DNA of 64,000 nt from Caproicibacter sp. (GCA_036260805.1 DATALZ010000016.1:20116-84115); one strand, 5' to 3'; shown: positions 48,634-59,068, numbered from the stretch's first letter. Numbers and translations are program-made. The notes: generated from the letters alone by a model not told the origin.

Positions 48634-50007
48634 CTACCTGCACTCCTTAATTACAATTTCTGCAATGTTTTTTGTATTTTCTGAGACGCTGGCTTCCTGC
48701 GAAACTCCGAAGCCCTCAACCCAGAGTATTTTTCCCCCATACTCCAGCACAGCTCTTTTGCCACGCTCTTCTGTGGGAATTTTAGCTTCATTGAAAAGTT
48801 TTTTCAATGTTTTTGTTACACCTCGTCCCGCAGGCTCATAGGAATCCCCCGGGTTTCGGCTTCTTACAAAACCGCTAATACTAAGTATTGTATCATAGTT
48901 AATAAGATTATTAAATAATAAATTATTAATTTTTTCCGGATTTTTAAAGATCACAGGCTTGACAAATAACATCCTGCCATCCGGCAACGATGTTCCGTGC
49001 GTGGAAAACGGTACGCTCCACTCCTTTTGAATCAATTCATGCTGCTTTTCAATAAAAAGAGTATTGCCGGATATTTTGCATTGTATTCCACCTGCAACCG
49101 TAACGGATCCTGTTCCCAAAGAGATTATCTTTTCTATAGCCTCAATATGCGCAAATTCCAGTCTTGTATTGGATACCCTTTCGAGTGCGGCAGGGATCAT
49201 CCTCAAAAGCACAGCGCGCGGTACTTCTTTCAATATGTCAAGATTATATCTGCCGCCAGAAAGGATAGCTTCCTGTAATTTCTCATCTGCAAGGTGTTCA
49301 AAGTATGTCTCGTCACAACGCATAATTTGTGTTGTGCGCAAAATCGTTTTTTCAAAAGCCGGGTTGATCTGTTTCAGAACAGGAACCGCTTCCAGCCTGA
49401 TCTTATTTCTGGCAACGTCGGCATTCAGATTCGTACTGTCCGTAACAAACTTAAGGCCGTAACCGTAACAATATTGTTCTGTTTCCGACCGGGTTATCTC
49501 AATGAAAGGGCGTACAATATTGCCCCGAACCGGTGGAATTCCGCACAGGCCTTTTGTTCCTGCTCCCTTGGCAAGGTTCATCAAAACTGTTTCCGCGGAA
49601 TCGGAAAGCGTATGAGCAGTCGCTATTTTTCCGTCTTTTCCACATAACCTGCGAAAAAAAGAATAGCGGACTTCACGCCCGCATTCTTCAAGACCCAGCG
49701 ACTGTTTTTGTGCAATAGCGCGAACATCCGTATGAAGCACTTCAAGCTTCAATCCGTTTTTCTCGCAAAAATCCCGGACAAACTTTTCATCGGAATCAGC
49801 TTCTTCTCCGCGAAGACCGTGATTCACATGGGCAGCCGTCAGCAGCAGCCCGTATTTTTCAGCATGCCAAAGCAGGAAATGTGTCAGAGCAATGGAATCT
49901 GCGCCGCCGGAAAGGCCGATTATAATATGGCTGCCCTGAGGAAGCATACTCCACTGGGCAACCGTATTTTCAATTTTCCTTTCGATTTCAGCAAGTTCAT
50001 CACTCAC
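48634..50007 (-). CDS. tilS: tRNA(Ile)-lysidine synthase
   Basis: SGGADS PP-loop, HVNHGLR, TAH..D.AET, DSTN; tilS-hpt-ftsH synteny. Confidence 0.95.
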   Translation of the reverse strand: MSDELAEIERKIENTVAQWSMLPQGSHIIIGLSGGADSIALTHFLLWHAEKYGLLLTAAHVNHGLRGEEADSDEKFVRDFCEKNGLKLEVLHTDVRAIAQKQSLGLEECGREVRYSFFRRLCGKDGKIATAHTLSDSAETVLMNLAKGAGTKGLCGIPPVRGNIVRPFIEITRSETEQYCYGYGLKFVTDSTNLNADVARNKIRLEAVPVLKQINPAFEKTILRTTQIMRCDETYFEHLADEKLQEAILSGGRYNLDILKEVPRAVLLRMIPAALERVSNTRLEFAHIEAIEKIISLGTGSVTVAGGIQCKISGNTLFIEKQHELIQKEWSVPFSTHGTSLPDGRMLFVKPVIFKNPEKINNLLFNNLINYDTILSISGFVRSRNPGDSYEPAGRGVTKTLKKLFNEAKIPTEERGKRAVLEYGGKILWVEGFGVSQEASVSENTKNIAEIVIKECR

Positions 50008-51364
50008 TGCGGATTACCTCCTGCGCCGTAAAGCGCATATACTCACCCTGCCAGTGCAGAGGAACCGTCTTGGTTTCACCATGACGGTTTTTGGCGATGA
50101 TGCATTCGCTCTGGTTTTTATCGCCGTCCTCATTTGGCGTCTCGGAATCCTGATAGTAATCGTCACGGTAAAGGAAAAGCACGATATCTGCATCCTGTTC
50201 AATAGAACCGGAATCTCTCAAATCCGAAAGAACCGGACGGTGGTTGGTACGCTTCTCACTGTCACGTGCTAACTGAGACAAGGTCATAACCGGGATATTC
50301 AACTCTTTCGCCATAATTTTCAGGCTTCGCGTGATCTGCGAAATTTCCTGAACACGATTGTCAATCCGGGTTGAGGAAGTCATTAACTGCAGATAGTCGA
50401 TAATGACAAGATCAACGTCTTTTAACCGCCTGAGCTTGGCCTTCATTTCCGGAACGGTAATCGCCGGGTTATCGTCAAAATACATCTGTGTCTTAGAAAG
50501 AATATCTCCGGCTTCAATTAAGCGGATCCATTCGTCTTCAGCCAGCCTCCCAGTGCGGAGTTTTGTGCCTTCCACCATAGCTTCCGTGGAAAGCAAACGG
50601 GAAACAAGCTGTTCTTTGCTCATTTCCAGAGAGAAGAAAGCAACCCGTTTCTCTGCCTTTACCGCAGCATGGCGCGCAATATTCAGAGCAAAACTCGTTT
50701 TGCCCATGCCAGGACGAGCGCCCAAAAGGATAAAGTCCGTCCGGTTAAGCCCTGTAATTGTATCGTCAAGTTCCTTGATCCCCGTAGGAACGCCACGGTA
50801 CATATCGGCGTCGGGAGAGTTGAGCCTGTCCAACCGATCAAATTCATCGACAATGATTTCGTCGATTTTCTGAAGGCCCTGCATATTTTTTCCGCGCCGG
50901 ATATCAAAAATACGCTGCTCAGCGGAGTCAAGTAAAGTGGCTGCATCAGCTTCTCCTGCCGACGATTCCTCAATAATATCTCTTGCAGTGGTAATTAACG
51001 TACGGATATCGTATTTATTTCGGACAATGAATGCATACGACTCCACATTTGATATAGAAGGAACCAGCTGTGCCAGCTGAAGAAGATAAGTTTTACCATC
51101 CGCTTCGTCGAAGCTGCCTGTCTCTTTCAGGAGTTCCAGAACGGTGACAAAGTCAATCGGCTTGCCTTCGGTGAACATCTGAAGCATTACAGTAAAAATC
51201 TGATTGTTTGTGCTAAGGTAAAAATACTCTGGGCGCGGAAGAATTTCCGCGACACGATCCATACAGGAAGAATCCAAAAGTATCGCACCGAGTACCGATT
51301 GCTCCGCTTCCGGACTAAACGGGAGATTCAGCCCGTTGTATCCTGCTGTGACTGAATCTTCCAT
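50000..51364 (-). CDS. dnaB: Replicative DNA helicase
   Basis: ARPGMGKT, FSLEMS, IDYLQLM, LSQL, LRDSGSIEQDAD, AKNRHG; start ATG 51364 after AGGAGG. Confidence 0.97.
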   Translation of the reverse strand: MEDSVTAGYNGLNLPFSPEAEQSVLGAILLDSSCMDRVAEILPRPEYFYLSTNNQIFTVMLQMFTEGKPIDFVTVLELLKETGSFDEADGKTYLLQLAQLVPSISNVESYAFIVRNKYDIRTLITTARDIIEESSAGEADAATLLDSAEQRIFDIRRGKNMQGLQKIDEIIVDEFDRLDRLNSPDADMYRGVPTGIKELDDTITGLNRTDFILLGARPGMGKTSFALNIARHAAVKAEKRVAFFSLEMSKEQLVSRLLSTEAMVEGTKLRTGRLAEDEWIRLIEAGDILSKTQMYFDDNPAITVPEMKAKLRRLKDVDLVIIDYLQLMTSSTRIDNRVQEISQITRSLKIMAKELNIPVMTLSQLARDSEKRTNHRPVLSDLRDSGSIEQDADIVLFLYRDDYYQDSETPNEDGDKNQSECIIAKNRHGETKTVPLHWQGEYMRFTAQEVIRSE

Positions 51365-51394
51365 ATCGTTTTCCTCCTGAAACACCAAAATTCG

Positions 51395-51841
51395 TTATTC
51401 TTCGCCGACCTGAACATACAGTTTTGCGGAAACACCGTTATAAAGCTTTAATTCGCACTCAAAGGTGCCGTAAGCCTTGATTTCACTGTTTAGAACAATC
51501 TTGCGCTTATCAATATCAACGTGAAAAGTACGTTTGAGTTCATCTGAGATTTCCTTGGAAGTAATGGATCCGAAAAGTTTGCCGCCCTGACCGGATTTTG
51601 CGGTAAGCTTTAAAGTCTTTCCGCCTATCTCGTTCGCAGTCTTGCGGGCCTCTTCGGTTTCCTGTTTAATATGATACTCTCTGGCTTCTTCGGCGCCCTT
51701 CAGTTCATTCATAACCTGGGCATTGGCTTCTTTGGCCAGGTTGCGGGGGAACAGGAAATTCCTTGCATAGCCATCGCTGACCTGAACCAGCTCGCCCTTT
51801 TTGCCGGTTCCCTTAACATCCTGAAGCAGTACTACTTTCAT
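51395..51841 (-). CDS. rplI: 50S ribosomal protein L9
   Basis: [30 protein letters not shown]. Confidence 0.98.
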   Translation of the reverse strand: MKVVLLQDVKGTGKKGELVQVSDGYARNFLFPRNLAKEANAQVMNELKGAEEAREYHIKQETEEARKTANEIGGKTLKLTAKSGQGGKLFGSITSKEISDELKRTFHVDIDKRKIVLNSEIKAYGTFECELKLYNGVSAKLYVQVGEE

Positions 51842-51865
51842 TGCAAACCTCCATGTTTCCGTCCT

Positions 51866-53830
51866 TTAGGACTGATGCACTTTTTCTGTTGCTTTTTGAA
51901 TTGCTGAAATCAGCTTATCTGTTGCTTCCTGTACTGTAACATCGCTGATCTGCGCGCCGGCCATTGTGAGATGTCCGCCGCCGCCAAGCTCTTCCATAAC
52001 GAGCTGAACGTTGACTTCGCCCAACGACCTTGCGGAGATATTGATAACGCCGCCGGCCGGGAAAATAACGAAAGAAGCGTCAACGCCCTGAATGGAGAGC
52101 AGTTCATCCGCAGCCTGAGCCGCCGAAATACGGATATCCGGGAATTCAGTTTCCGTAGAAGCAACGGCATAGCTTCCGTAAATCTGAGCATTGGAAACGA
52201 TTTTATATTTTGCTTTATATGCGTTAATAGAGTCAGAAAACAGGCGCTTGACTTTAACGGTATCCGCATCTTTACGGCGCAAATATGCCGCCGCTTCAAA
52301 TGTGCGGACACCGGTTTTCAGCACAAAGTTCTTTGTATCAAGCATTATGCCCGCCAAAAGCGCTTCCGCTTCTGGTTCCTCAAGCATTTTATCGCCGATA
52401 TACTGAACAAGCTCCGTTACCATTTCAGAAGCAGAACTTGCAAACGGCTCATGGTAAAATACTATTGCATTTTCAATATGCCGTACCATCATTCGGTGAT
52501 GATCTATGACAATGACGCGTGAAACAGCTTTCAGCAGATCGGGGCTTTCCACGAAATCCGGTGAATGCGTATCCACAACAATCAGCGTTGTTTTCGGGGT
52601 AACCTTCATGAGCGCTTCCTGTGGTGTAATAAATATCTTTTCACCCGGATGGGCAGACTGCAGATTTGAAATGAGGGGCCCGGCAAGGCTCTGCGAGCGG
52701 TCAACCACAATATAAGCCGGATGATTCAGGCTTTTCGCCGCTGCATTCCAAATACCCGTTGCCGAACCGATACAGTCCAGGTCGGAGTACTTATGCCCCA
52801 TAATGAAAACGCTGTCGCTTTCCTTAATATTATCGGAAATGGTTGCAGCGAAAACGCGTGTACGAACCTTGTCGCGCCTTTCAACGCCTTTTGAAAGGCC
52901 GCCGAAAAACTCGTATGTATCGTTTTCCTGCTTTACCGCGACTTGATCACCGCCTCGGCCAAGAGCCATATCCAGAGCATTTCGCGCCCATATTTCAGCT
53001 TCTTTCGGCGATTTGGCACCGCGGGATATTCCGATGGAAACTGTAGCGGTAAGGCGCTCTGCAGCATGAATCGAACGAATGGAATCCAGAACGGGGAACC
53101 GCTTTTCCATCTCCTGACGCACATGGCGTTCATCTGTAAAAATAATAAACCGCCCGCTACTCATCTTTTTCAGGAAGCCGCCCATACTCTGCGCCCATTT
53201 AATGAGCGTCGCTTCCACTTCCGAGGCAATCCGCGAATCTTCACTGTTGTTAAAATATCTGGCGAGTTCCTCTCGGTTATCGAAGTAAGCCAAAGCAATG
53301 GACGGGCGGGTCTCATTGTATTCCTGTTCTATATCCTTATAGTATGTGTTGTCCACAAAATACATCATGCTGCCAGAAGCCGTTTCTGTACCATACACGG
53401 TGTATCTGCGTTTCCCAACTGAAATGTCGGTTCCGTCAGCTTTGAGAATCTCCTGAACTGTTTTCGGATAAATAAACTTTTGAATGTTTTCCCCACGGCA
53501 TTCCCGCTTTTCACAGACCGTGTTCCAGAAAGACTCGTTAATCCATACCATATCGCCCGCTTCCCCGACCACGACAATCGGTAAAGCGAATTTTTGCATG
53601 AGGCGGTATTGCTCTCCGGAAAGTACGGTTTGGGCGCTCTTAACCGCATCTGACACATGGGCGTGGAAATGAGCTGTTGCCATTAACACCGCAGCGATTG
53701 ATACCGCAGCTACGGATATTTCCACGTAAAATACGGTACTGTTCCAAAACCAGCTTACACCTGCCATTGCAAGCATAACTGCCGATATTGTGAAAAACAC
53801 GGGCGAAGACGCCCAAACTTTCCTTTTCAA
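51866..53830 (-). CDS. gdpP: Cyclic-di-AMP phosphodiesterase GdpP (TM-PAS-degenerate GGDEF-DHH-DHHA1)
   Basis: ALGRGGDQ, MGH..DLD, VVDTH, IDHHR, SARS, GGGGH; gdpP-rplI-dnaB synteny. Confidence 0.93.
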   Translation of the reverse strand: MKRKVWASSPVFFTISAVMLAMAGVSWFWNSTVFYVEISVAAVSIAAVLMATAHFHAHVSDAVKSAQTVLSGEQYRLMQKFALPIVVVGEAGDMVWINESFWNTVCEKRECRGENIQKFIYPKTVQEILKADGTDISVGKRRYTVYGTETASGSMMYFVDNTYYKDIEQEYNETRPSIALAYFDNREELARYFNNSEDSRIASEVEATLIKWAQSMGGFLKKMSSGRFIIFTDERHVRQEMEKRFPVLDSIRSIHAAERLTATVSIGISRGAKSPKEAEIWARNALDMALGRGGDQVAVKQENDTYEFFGGLSKGVERRDKVRTRVFAATISDNIKESDSVFIMGHKYSDLDCIGSATGIWNAAAKSLNHPAYIVVDRSQSLAGPLISNLQSAHPGEKIFITPQEALMKVTPKTTLIVVDTHSPDFVESPDLLKAVSRVIVIDHHRMMVRHIENAIVFYHEPFASSASEMVTELVQYIGDKMLEEPEAEALLAGIMLDTKNFVLKTGVRTFEAAAYLRRKDADTVKVKRLFSDSINAYKAKYKIVSNAQIYGSYAVASTETEFPDIRISAAQAADELLSIQGVDASFVIFPAGGVINISARSLGEVNVQLVMEELGGGGHLTMAGAQISDVTVQEATDKLISAIQKATEKVHQS

Positions 53831-53861
53831 TCCAATTACTCCTTAAGCCGCAAAAGAGACA

Positions 53862-55910
53862 CTAAATTTCCATGATAATTGGCAGTACCATCGGGCTGCG
53901 GCGTGTCCGGTCATACAGCAGACGGGACAATTCATCCTTAATTTTTGTTTTCAATGTTCCCCAGTCGTGGATATTATTATCCGCACAGTTTTCCAAAACA
54001 GTGCTGACGAGGTTTCTGGCTTCTTCCATCAGCGGTTCTGATTCTCGGACGTAAACAAATCCGCGCGAAACTACATCCGGCCCTGAAATAATGTGGCCGT
54101 CCTGGGCAGATATGGTGCAGACGGCAATAATCAAACCGTCTTCCGCAAGATGTTTACGGTCTCGCAGAACTATGCTGCCTACGTCACCGACGCCAAGACC
54201 GTCAACAAGGATGCGGCCTGCCGGAACCGATGGAAGGCGTTTCATATAATCTTCGTGGAGTTCGACAACATCGCCGATATCGCCAATGAAAACATCCTTT
54301 GGATCCTTGCCAAGATCGTAGGCCAGTTTCGCGTTCTTGCGCAGATGCTTCTGCTCGCCGTGAACCGGAATAAAATATTTCGGTTTGACGATAGCCTGCA
54401 GCAGTTTAAGTTCTTCCTGGCAGGCATGGCCAGAAACGTGAACGTCATACATGGATTCATAGACAACTTCGCAGCCGCGCTTCATCAGTTCGTCAATGAC
54501 GTTGCCGATCGTCTTCTCGTTACCCGGAATTGGCCTAGCGGAAATAATGATGAAGTCTCCGGGGCCGACTTCGACTTTGCGGTGGTCGGCAAAAGCCATT
54601 CTTGTTAGGGCGCTCATTGGCTCGCCCTGGCTTCCCGTCGTTACAAGAACAATTTTTTCTTTCGGATAGCGATTTATCATATCGATATCAATCAGGACAC
54701 CTTTCGGTACCTCAAGATATCCCATCTCAACGCCGATGGTCATAACATTTACCATACTGCGCCCGGACAACGCAACCTTACGGCCATACTTTACCGCACA
54801 ATTGATGATTTGTTGAACACGGCTCACGTTGGAAGCAAATGTCGCAATAATAATTCTGCTGCTTTCAGCCCGTTTGAAAAGGCGGTCGAAAGAGTCGTCC
54901 ACCTTGCTTTCAGACTTCGTATATCCCTCGCGTTCTGCGTTCGTGGAATCGCAGAACATGGCGAGGACGCCTTCCTTGCCAAGCTGACCAAATCTGCCAA
55001 GGTCAATCATTTCCCCCATGGCAGGAGTACAGTCGATTTTGAAGTCACCCGTATGAACGAGTGTTCCGGCCGGTGAATGAATCGCAAGTGCAACCGCATC
55101 CGGAACAGAATGGTTCACATGGATAAATTCAACATCCATGCATCCGAGACGAATATGGTCACCCGGGCGGACACTGACCGCACGGATTTTTCCCTGAAGC
55201 CCATGTTCTTTCAGTTTGCTGTCGACAAGAGCAAGTGTAAATTTCGTTCCGTAAATTGGGAAATTAAACTTTTTCAGCAGATAAGGCAGCGCTCCGATAT
55301 GGTCTTCGTGCCCATGCGTCAGTACAACGCCCCGAATTTTATCAACATTGCGCTCAACAAATGTAAAATCAGGAATTACAAGATCGACGCCAAGCATATC
55401 CCCGTCCGGAAATGACATACCGCAGTCCACGATAATCATATCGTCCTGGCATTCAAAAAGGGTGAAATTCTTCCCGATCTCATTCAAGCCACCCAGAAAA
55501 TATGCACGGATTGCCGGTTTTTGGGAATTTTTCCGTCCGCTTTTTCCGGAATGACCGTTTTCCCGCTTTGAGGGGCCCTGTTTTTGCTTTTCATGCACGG
55601 GCTTTTGCACCGGAGCCTTAAGTTCTTCGGACACCGGCTGCGTTTTCAGCGCTGCAGTGTTTTTCTTTGGCTGGCGCTTTCTGCGAACAGAATGCTGCGG
55701 CTGAGCTGCCTTTGTGTCCTGTTTTACCTGACCGTCATCCTTTTGCTCCGGAGCATTGTTCGGACGGTTTTTGGGGCGCAACTGTTCACCGCGTCGCTTA
55801 GGCACTTCCACCTTCTGGTAAAGACTGGGGCGCACTTCGCCCCCCGCCTCAGACTGCGGCTTTGCCATGCTGTCGCGTTCCGCTGAAATATTTTGTTTTT
55901 TTTCTGTCAC
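53862..55910 (-). CDS. rnj: Ribonuclease J with long basic N-terminal extension
   Basis: LGGLNEIGKN, THGHEDHIG, HTGDFK, GSQGEP, HVSGHA; start GTG 55910 after GGAGG. Confidence 0.96.
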   Translation of the reverse strand: MTEKKQNISAERDSMAKPQSEAGGEVRPSLYQKVEVPKRRGEQLRPKNRPNNAPEQKDDGQVKQDTKAAQPQHSVRRKRQPKKNTAALKTQPVSEELKAPVQKPVHEKQKQGPSKRENGHSGKSGRKNSQKPAIRAYFLGGLNEIGKNFTLFECQDDMIIVDCGMSFPDGDMLGVDLVIPDFTFVERNVDKIRGVVLTHGHEDHIGALPYLLKKFNFPIYGTKFTLALVDSKLKEHGLQGKIRAVSVRPGDHIRLGCMDVEFIHVNHSVPDAVALAIHSPAGTLVHTGDFKIDCTPAMGEMIDLGRFGQLGKEGVLAMFCDSTNAEREGYTKSESKVDDSFDRLFKRAESSRIIIATFASNVSRVQQIINCAVKYGRKVALSGRSMVNVMTIGVEMGYLEVPKGVLIDIDMINRYPKEKIVLVTTGSQGEPMSALTRMAFADHRKVEVGPGDFIIISARPIPGNEKTIGNVIDELMKRGCEVVYESMYDVHVSGHACQEELKLLQAIVKPKYFIPVHGEQKHLRKNAKLAYDLGKDPKDVFIGDIGDVVELHEDYMKRLPSVPAGRILVDGLGVGDVGSIVLRDRKHLAEDGLIIAVCTISAQDGHIISGPDVVSRGFVYVRESEPLMEEARNLVSTVLENCADNNIHDWGTLKTKIKDELSRLLYDRTRRSPMVLPIIMEI

Positions 55911-56171
55911 AAAATGACCTCCATTGTAAATTAGGCAATACCAATTTTTCCGAAGGCAAACGGGCCAACGGATGGGCATACCATTTTATAATAATACTTT
56001 TTGCGCATAATCCGCACAAAACGTAAACTGCCAAAATAAATTTCCACTCGGTAAGCCGAGGAGTATTTGCAATACCACTCTACGGGTGCAAAATCAGGTA
56101 TCGCCGCAGACGGCGGTTATTGCACCCCGGTTCATAATAAATTTTGTAAACCGGACACAAATATATGATCC

Positions 56172-56200
56172 ATTTTACTCTGAATAAGATTTTATGTCAA
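56172..56200 (-). promoter_or_regulatory. Sigma-A promoter of the rnj operon
   Basis: TTGACA - 17 bp - TAAAAT, about 260 bp upstream of the rnj start. Confidence 0.7.
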
Positions 56201-56289
56201 GATGGGAATGAACCTCTATGGCAATAGTATTGCCACATGTGACCTGCATAAACATCAATTGCCAGGCCATAAAGAGAAAAAACGTATAA

Positions 56290-56318
56290 TTGTTTTAAAA
56301 AGAAAGACATGCTATAAT
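56290..56318 (+). promoter_or_regulatory. Sigma-A promoter of rnhA
   Basis: TTGTTT - 17 bp - TATAAT with extended TG. Confidence 0.6.
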
Positions 56319-56350
56319 ATTTATTATACATCGGTTTACCGGAGGACAGT

Positions 56351-56797
56351 ATGAAAAGAGTAGAGATATTTACAGACGGTGCCTGCAGTGGGAATCCCGG
56401 CCCCGGCGGCTGGGGCGCAATTCTTCGTTATAACGGCAGAGAGAAAAAAATCAGCGGCGGCGCGCCGGATACAACCAATAACCGCATGGAGCTGTCCGGC
56501 GTAATTGAAGCGCTGAAACAGCTGAAAGAACCCTGTGACGTTGTGCTGACAAGCGATTCCAAATATGTCTGCGACGGCATCGGCAAAGGTTGGGCTGAAA
56601 ACTGGCGGAAAAACGGATGGAGAAAGTCAGACAAGAAACCGGCACTTAACAGTGACCTTTGGGAAACTCTGCTGGAACTGCTTAAAGTCCACCACGTTAC
56701 AATCAAATGGATTAAAGGGCACGCCGGCTATCCCGAAAATGAGTGCTGCGACCGGTTAGCTGTAGCAGAATCTCAAAAATACAAAAGTAATATCTGA
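56351..56797 (+). CDS. rnhA: Ribonuclease HI
   Basis: [40 protein letters not shown]. Confidence 0.97.
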   Translation: MKRVEIFTDGACSGNPGPGGWGAILRYNGREKKISGGAPDTTNNRMELSGVIEALKQLKEPCDVVLTSDSKYVCDGIGKGWAENWRKNGWRKSDKKPALNSDLWETLLELLKVHHVTIKWIKGHAGYPENECCDRLAVAESQKYKSNI

Positions 56798-56801
56798 TTA
56801 T

Positions 56802-56846
56802 AAAAAAACAGTTTCCGTTGTTAGAAACACGGAAACTGTTTTTCTT
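56802..56846. terminator. Bidirectional terminator
   Basis: AAAAACAGTTTCCGT...ACGGAAACTGTTTTT. Confidence 0.8.
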
Positions 56847-56890
56847 ATGAACCGGGGTACAATCTAAATCCACACTATTTATTAGAGGCT

Positions 56891-57256
56891 TTACTTATGT
56901 GTCAATAAAGGATAGCATCTGGCAAGAATGGATTTTGCCAGAATGGCTGCTCCAAAAATGATAACTGCTGTTTTGGGATTGCTGATCACAGGCAGTTTCC
57001 ACTGAAAAGCCTGTGCTAAAAAAGTGATCATTGCGATTGTTCCGAAAAGATATCCAAGAATCGTCAACGGGTGAGCCGGTGCAGCTGAAATAAACTTGCC
57101 TACGCTTATCGTGCAAAACAGCATTAATATGATTCCAAAAACAAGGATCGAAGACCTTGTATCCTTGACCAGTAAGAACTTTCGACCCGTCAGCCCGAAA
57201 AACTCCATCAACAAAATCAATACTGTTTCAACGAACAATATCGATAAATTTTTCAT
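56891..57256 (-). CDS. Hypothetical four-TM membrane protein
   Basis: 121 aa, four hydrophobic segments; starts 1 bp after the radical SAM stop, with AGGAG RBS. Confidence 0.7.
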   Translation of the reverse strand: MKNLSILFVETVLILLMEFFGLTGRKFLLVKDTRSSILVFGIILMLFCTISVGKFISAAPAHPLTILGYLFGTIAMITFLAQAFQWKLPVISNPKTAVIIFGAAILAKSILARCYPLLTHK

Positions 57257-57257
57257 C

Positions 57258-58343
57258 TTAATTGTCTCCTATACGCAAGCTCTTCATTTCACTTTGCCTT
57301 TCAAACAGAGCACAGCCGCCATTATGCGGAATATTTGCAAGCCCCTTTTCCCTCAGTTTATGAAACAAAGGTGAATGAATCGCTTCAGAAAGGGAATGGT
57401 CTTTCAGATTAATATCGGAAAAAGGTGAAAATGGACAGGGTTCCGCACCACCCCGTGCATTAATATGGAAAAATCCCCTGCCGCCGGCAAGACAACCACC
57501 AATGTTTTTCTCATCACCCGGGAAACTAAGAAAAAGAATTTCTTCAAACTGGCTTCGAAGTTCTTCCTGACGATTAGCAAGAAAATCACGGTCATCGTCA
57601 TCCGGCGCAAGTTTTTCCGTACCCGGGACTGCCGGCACGTATTCCACATAAAAAACGAGTTTACAACCTTTTTTTCTCAGTAAATCAATAAAATCATCAC
57701 TTGTAACCTGCTTCAAATTCTGTTTTGTAACCGTTACAGATGCCCCGTAGAAAATGCCTTTCTCCTGAAGTTGACCCATAACATCCTGCAAAAGGTTATA
57801 TGTGCCCTCTCCGCGGCGTGAATCTGTTGTTTCTTTGTTCCCCTCAATGCTCAAAACAGGTATTAAATTTCTGCTTTGATGAAATAGATCGAGGTAAGTC
57901 GTATCCAGCAAAGTTCCGTTCGTAAAGATTGGAAATATCATATTCGTGATTTTCGCGGCAGATTCCAGAATATCCCGCCTAACTAACGGTTCACCCCCTG
58001 CCAAAAGGACAAAAGAAACGCCTAAGTCCAGTGCTTCGTGAAAGATTTGCATCCAACGCTCGACAGAAAGTTCCTGAGCCGCCGCTTCGTCACAGCAGGA
58101 ATGGTTTGCACGAGCATAACACCCGGCGCAATGTAAGTTGCATTGTGAAGCAATGCTTGCAATCAGAAAAGGTGGGATATGATGGCCTGCTTTTTCCTGC
58201 CGGCTTCGTAACTCAGACGCTTTTTTCTGCTGCCGGAGCATCTGGAGCAAGAAAGTACTTTCCAAAGGATTTGAAAAGGTATTTTTCAATGCGCTGCGTA
58301 TGATGCTTTCAATCGATTTGTTCATGTATTCAGTCAGGTCCAT
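57258..58343 (-). CDS. Radical SAM protein with C-terminal SPASM/twitch-like Cys cluster
   Basis: CNLHCAGCYA (CxxxCxxC), AGGEPL, FTNGT, GCLAGG..GGAEPCPF, GGC. Confidence 0.9.
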   Translation of the reverse strand: MDLTEYMNKSIESIIRSALKNTFSNPLESTFLLQMLRQQKKASELRSRQEKAGHHIPPFLIASIASQCNLHCAGCYARANHSCCDEAAAQELSVERWMQIFHEALDLGVSFVLLAGGEPLVRRDILESAAKITNMIFPIFTNGTLLDTTYLDLFHQSRNLIPVLSIEGNKETTDSRRGEGTYNLLQDVMGQLQEKGIFYGASVTVTKQNLKQVTSDDFIDLLRKKGCKLVFYVEYVPAVPGTEKLAPDDDDRDFLANRQEELRSQFEEILFLSFPGDEKNIGGCLAGGRGFFHINARGGAEPCPFSPFSDINLKDHSLSEAIHSPLFHKLREKGLANIPHNGGCALFERQSEMKSLRIGDN

Positions 58344-58507
58344 AATTATGTCATCCTTTCGATGAAAATATGAAGGTGAAAAATCATAGATTTAATTATA
58401 AAAAGCAAGGCCTATAGCGTTTTACTTTTAAATGGCAAAGATTCTTAACCTTAAAAACGCATTCGGCATTATTAATTTTCAACTAATATCCTGAAATTCA
58501 AACTGCT

Positions 58508-59068
58508 TTAGTCATTTGGTAAAAAGTAATCCAGCTGCAGGTCAAATAACCTTTTTCTGTCATCCTGCTTCATCAGATCCATACCGGAATATTTACAAAA
58601 TTCGTCTGCCCTGTAAAATACAAGTTGCAAAAATGAAATCATTTCATATGCAATCACCCTGCATTCCATCTCATCCTTCTCACCATGAAAATGTTCCCGA
58701 ATGTCCGGCAGCAGATAAAATGGTGCTTCAATCTTTCCGTTCAATAAAATCTGTGGAACAAAAAGTTTTGAGAACTTCCGAAACCGTACGACAACTTCAC
58801 AGATTTCCCAAAGTGCTGCGCGTAGCCTTTCTTTCGGCGATTTTGTTTTATCAGGGGATTTAAGCCGTTCTGCAGAGAAAGAAATGATCTCCCCAACCGC
58901 CTCAGTCAGCAAATTATCCTTGGATCGAAAGTAATAATTAATCATTGCGGCATTTACGCCGGCCTCTTCCGCAATAGCCCGTGATGTGATTCTCTCCGGT
59001 GAATCTGACTTTTCCAATAAACTCTGTGCAGCAGCAACCAGTTTCCTTTTATTTTCTTCCTGTTCCAT
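58508..59068 (-). CDS. TetR/AcrR family transcriptional regulator
   Basis: ITSRAIAEEAGVNAAMINYYFRSKDNL helix-turn-helix. Confidence 0.92.
   Translation of the reverse strand: MEQEENKRKLVAAAQSLLEKSDSPERITSRAIAEEAGVNAAMINYYFRSKDNLLTEAVGEIISFSAERLKSPDKTKSPKERLRAALWEICEVVVRFRKFSKLFVPQILLNGKIEAPFYLLPDIREHFHGEKDEMECRVIAYEMISFLQLVFYRADEFCKYSGMDLMKQDDRKRLFDLQLDYFLPND

Noticed and set aside
55945-55975. CGTTGGCCC...CGGAA resemblance to the glutamine riboswitch
   Set aside because: No complementary CAACG closing strand or P2 pairing downstream, and the gene context is wrong.
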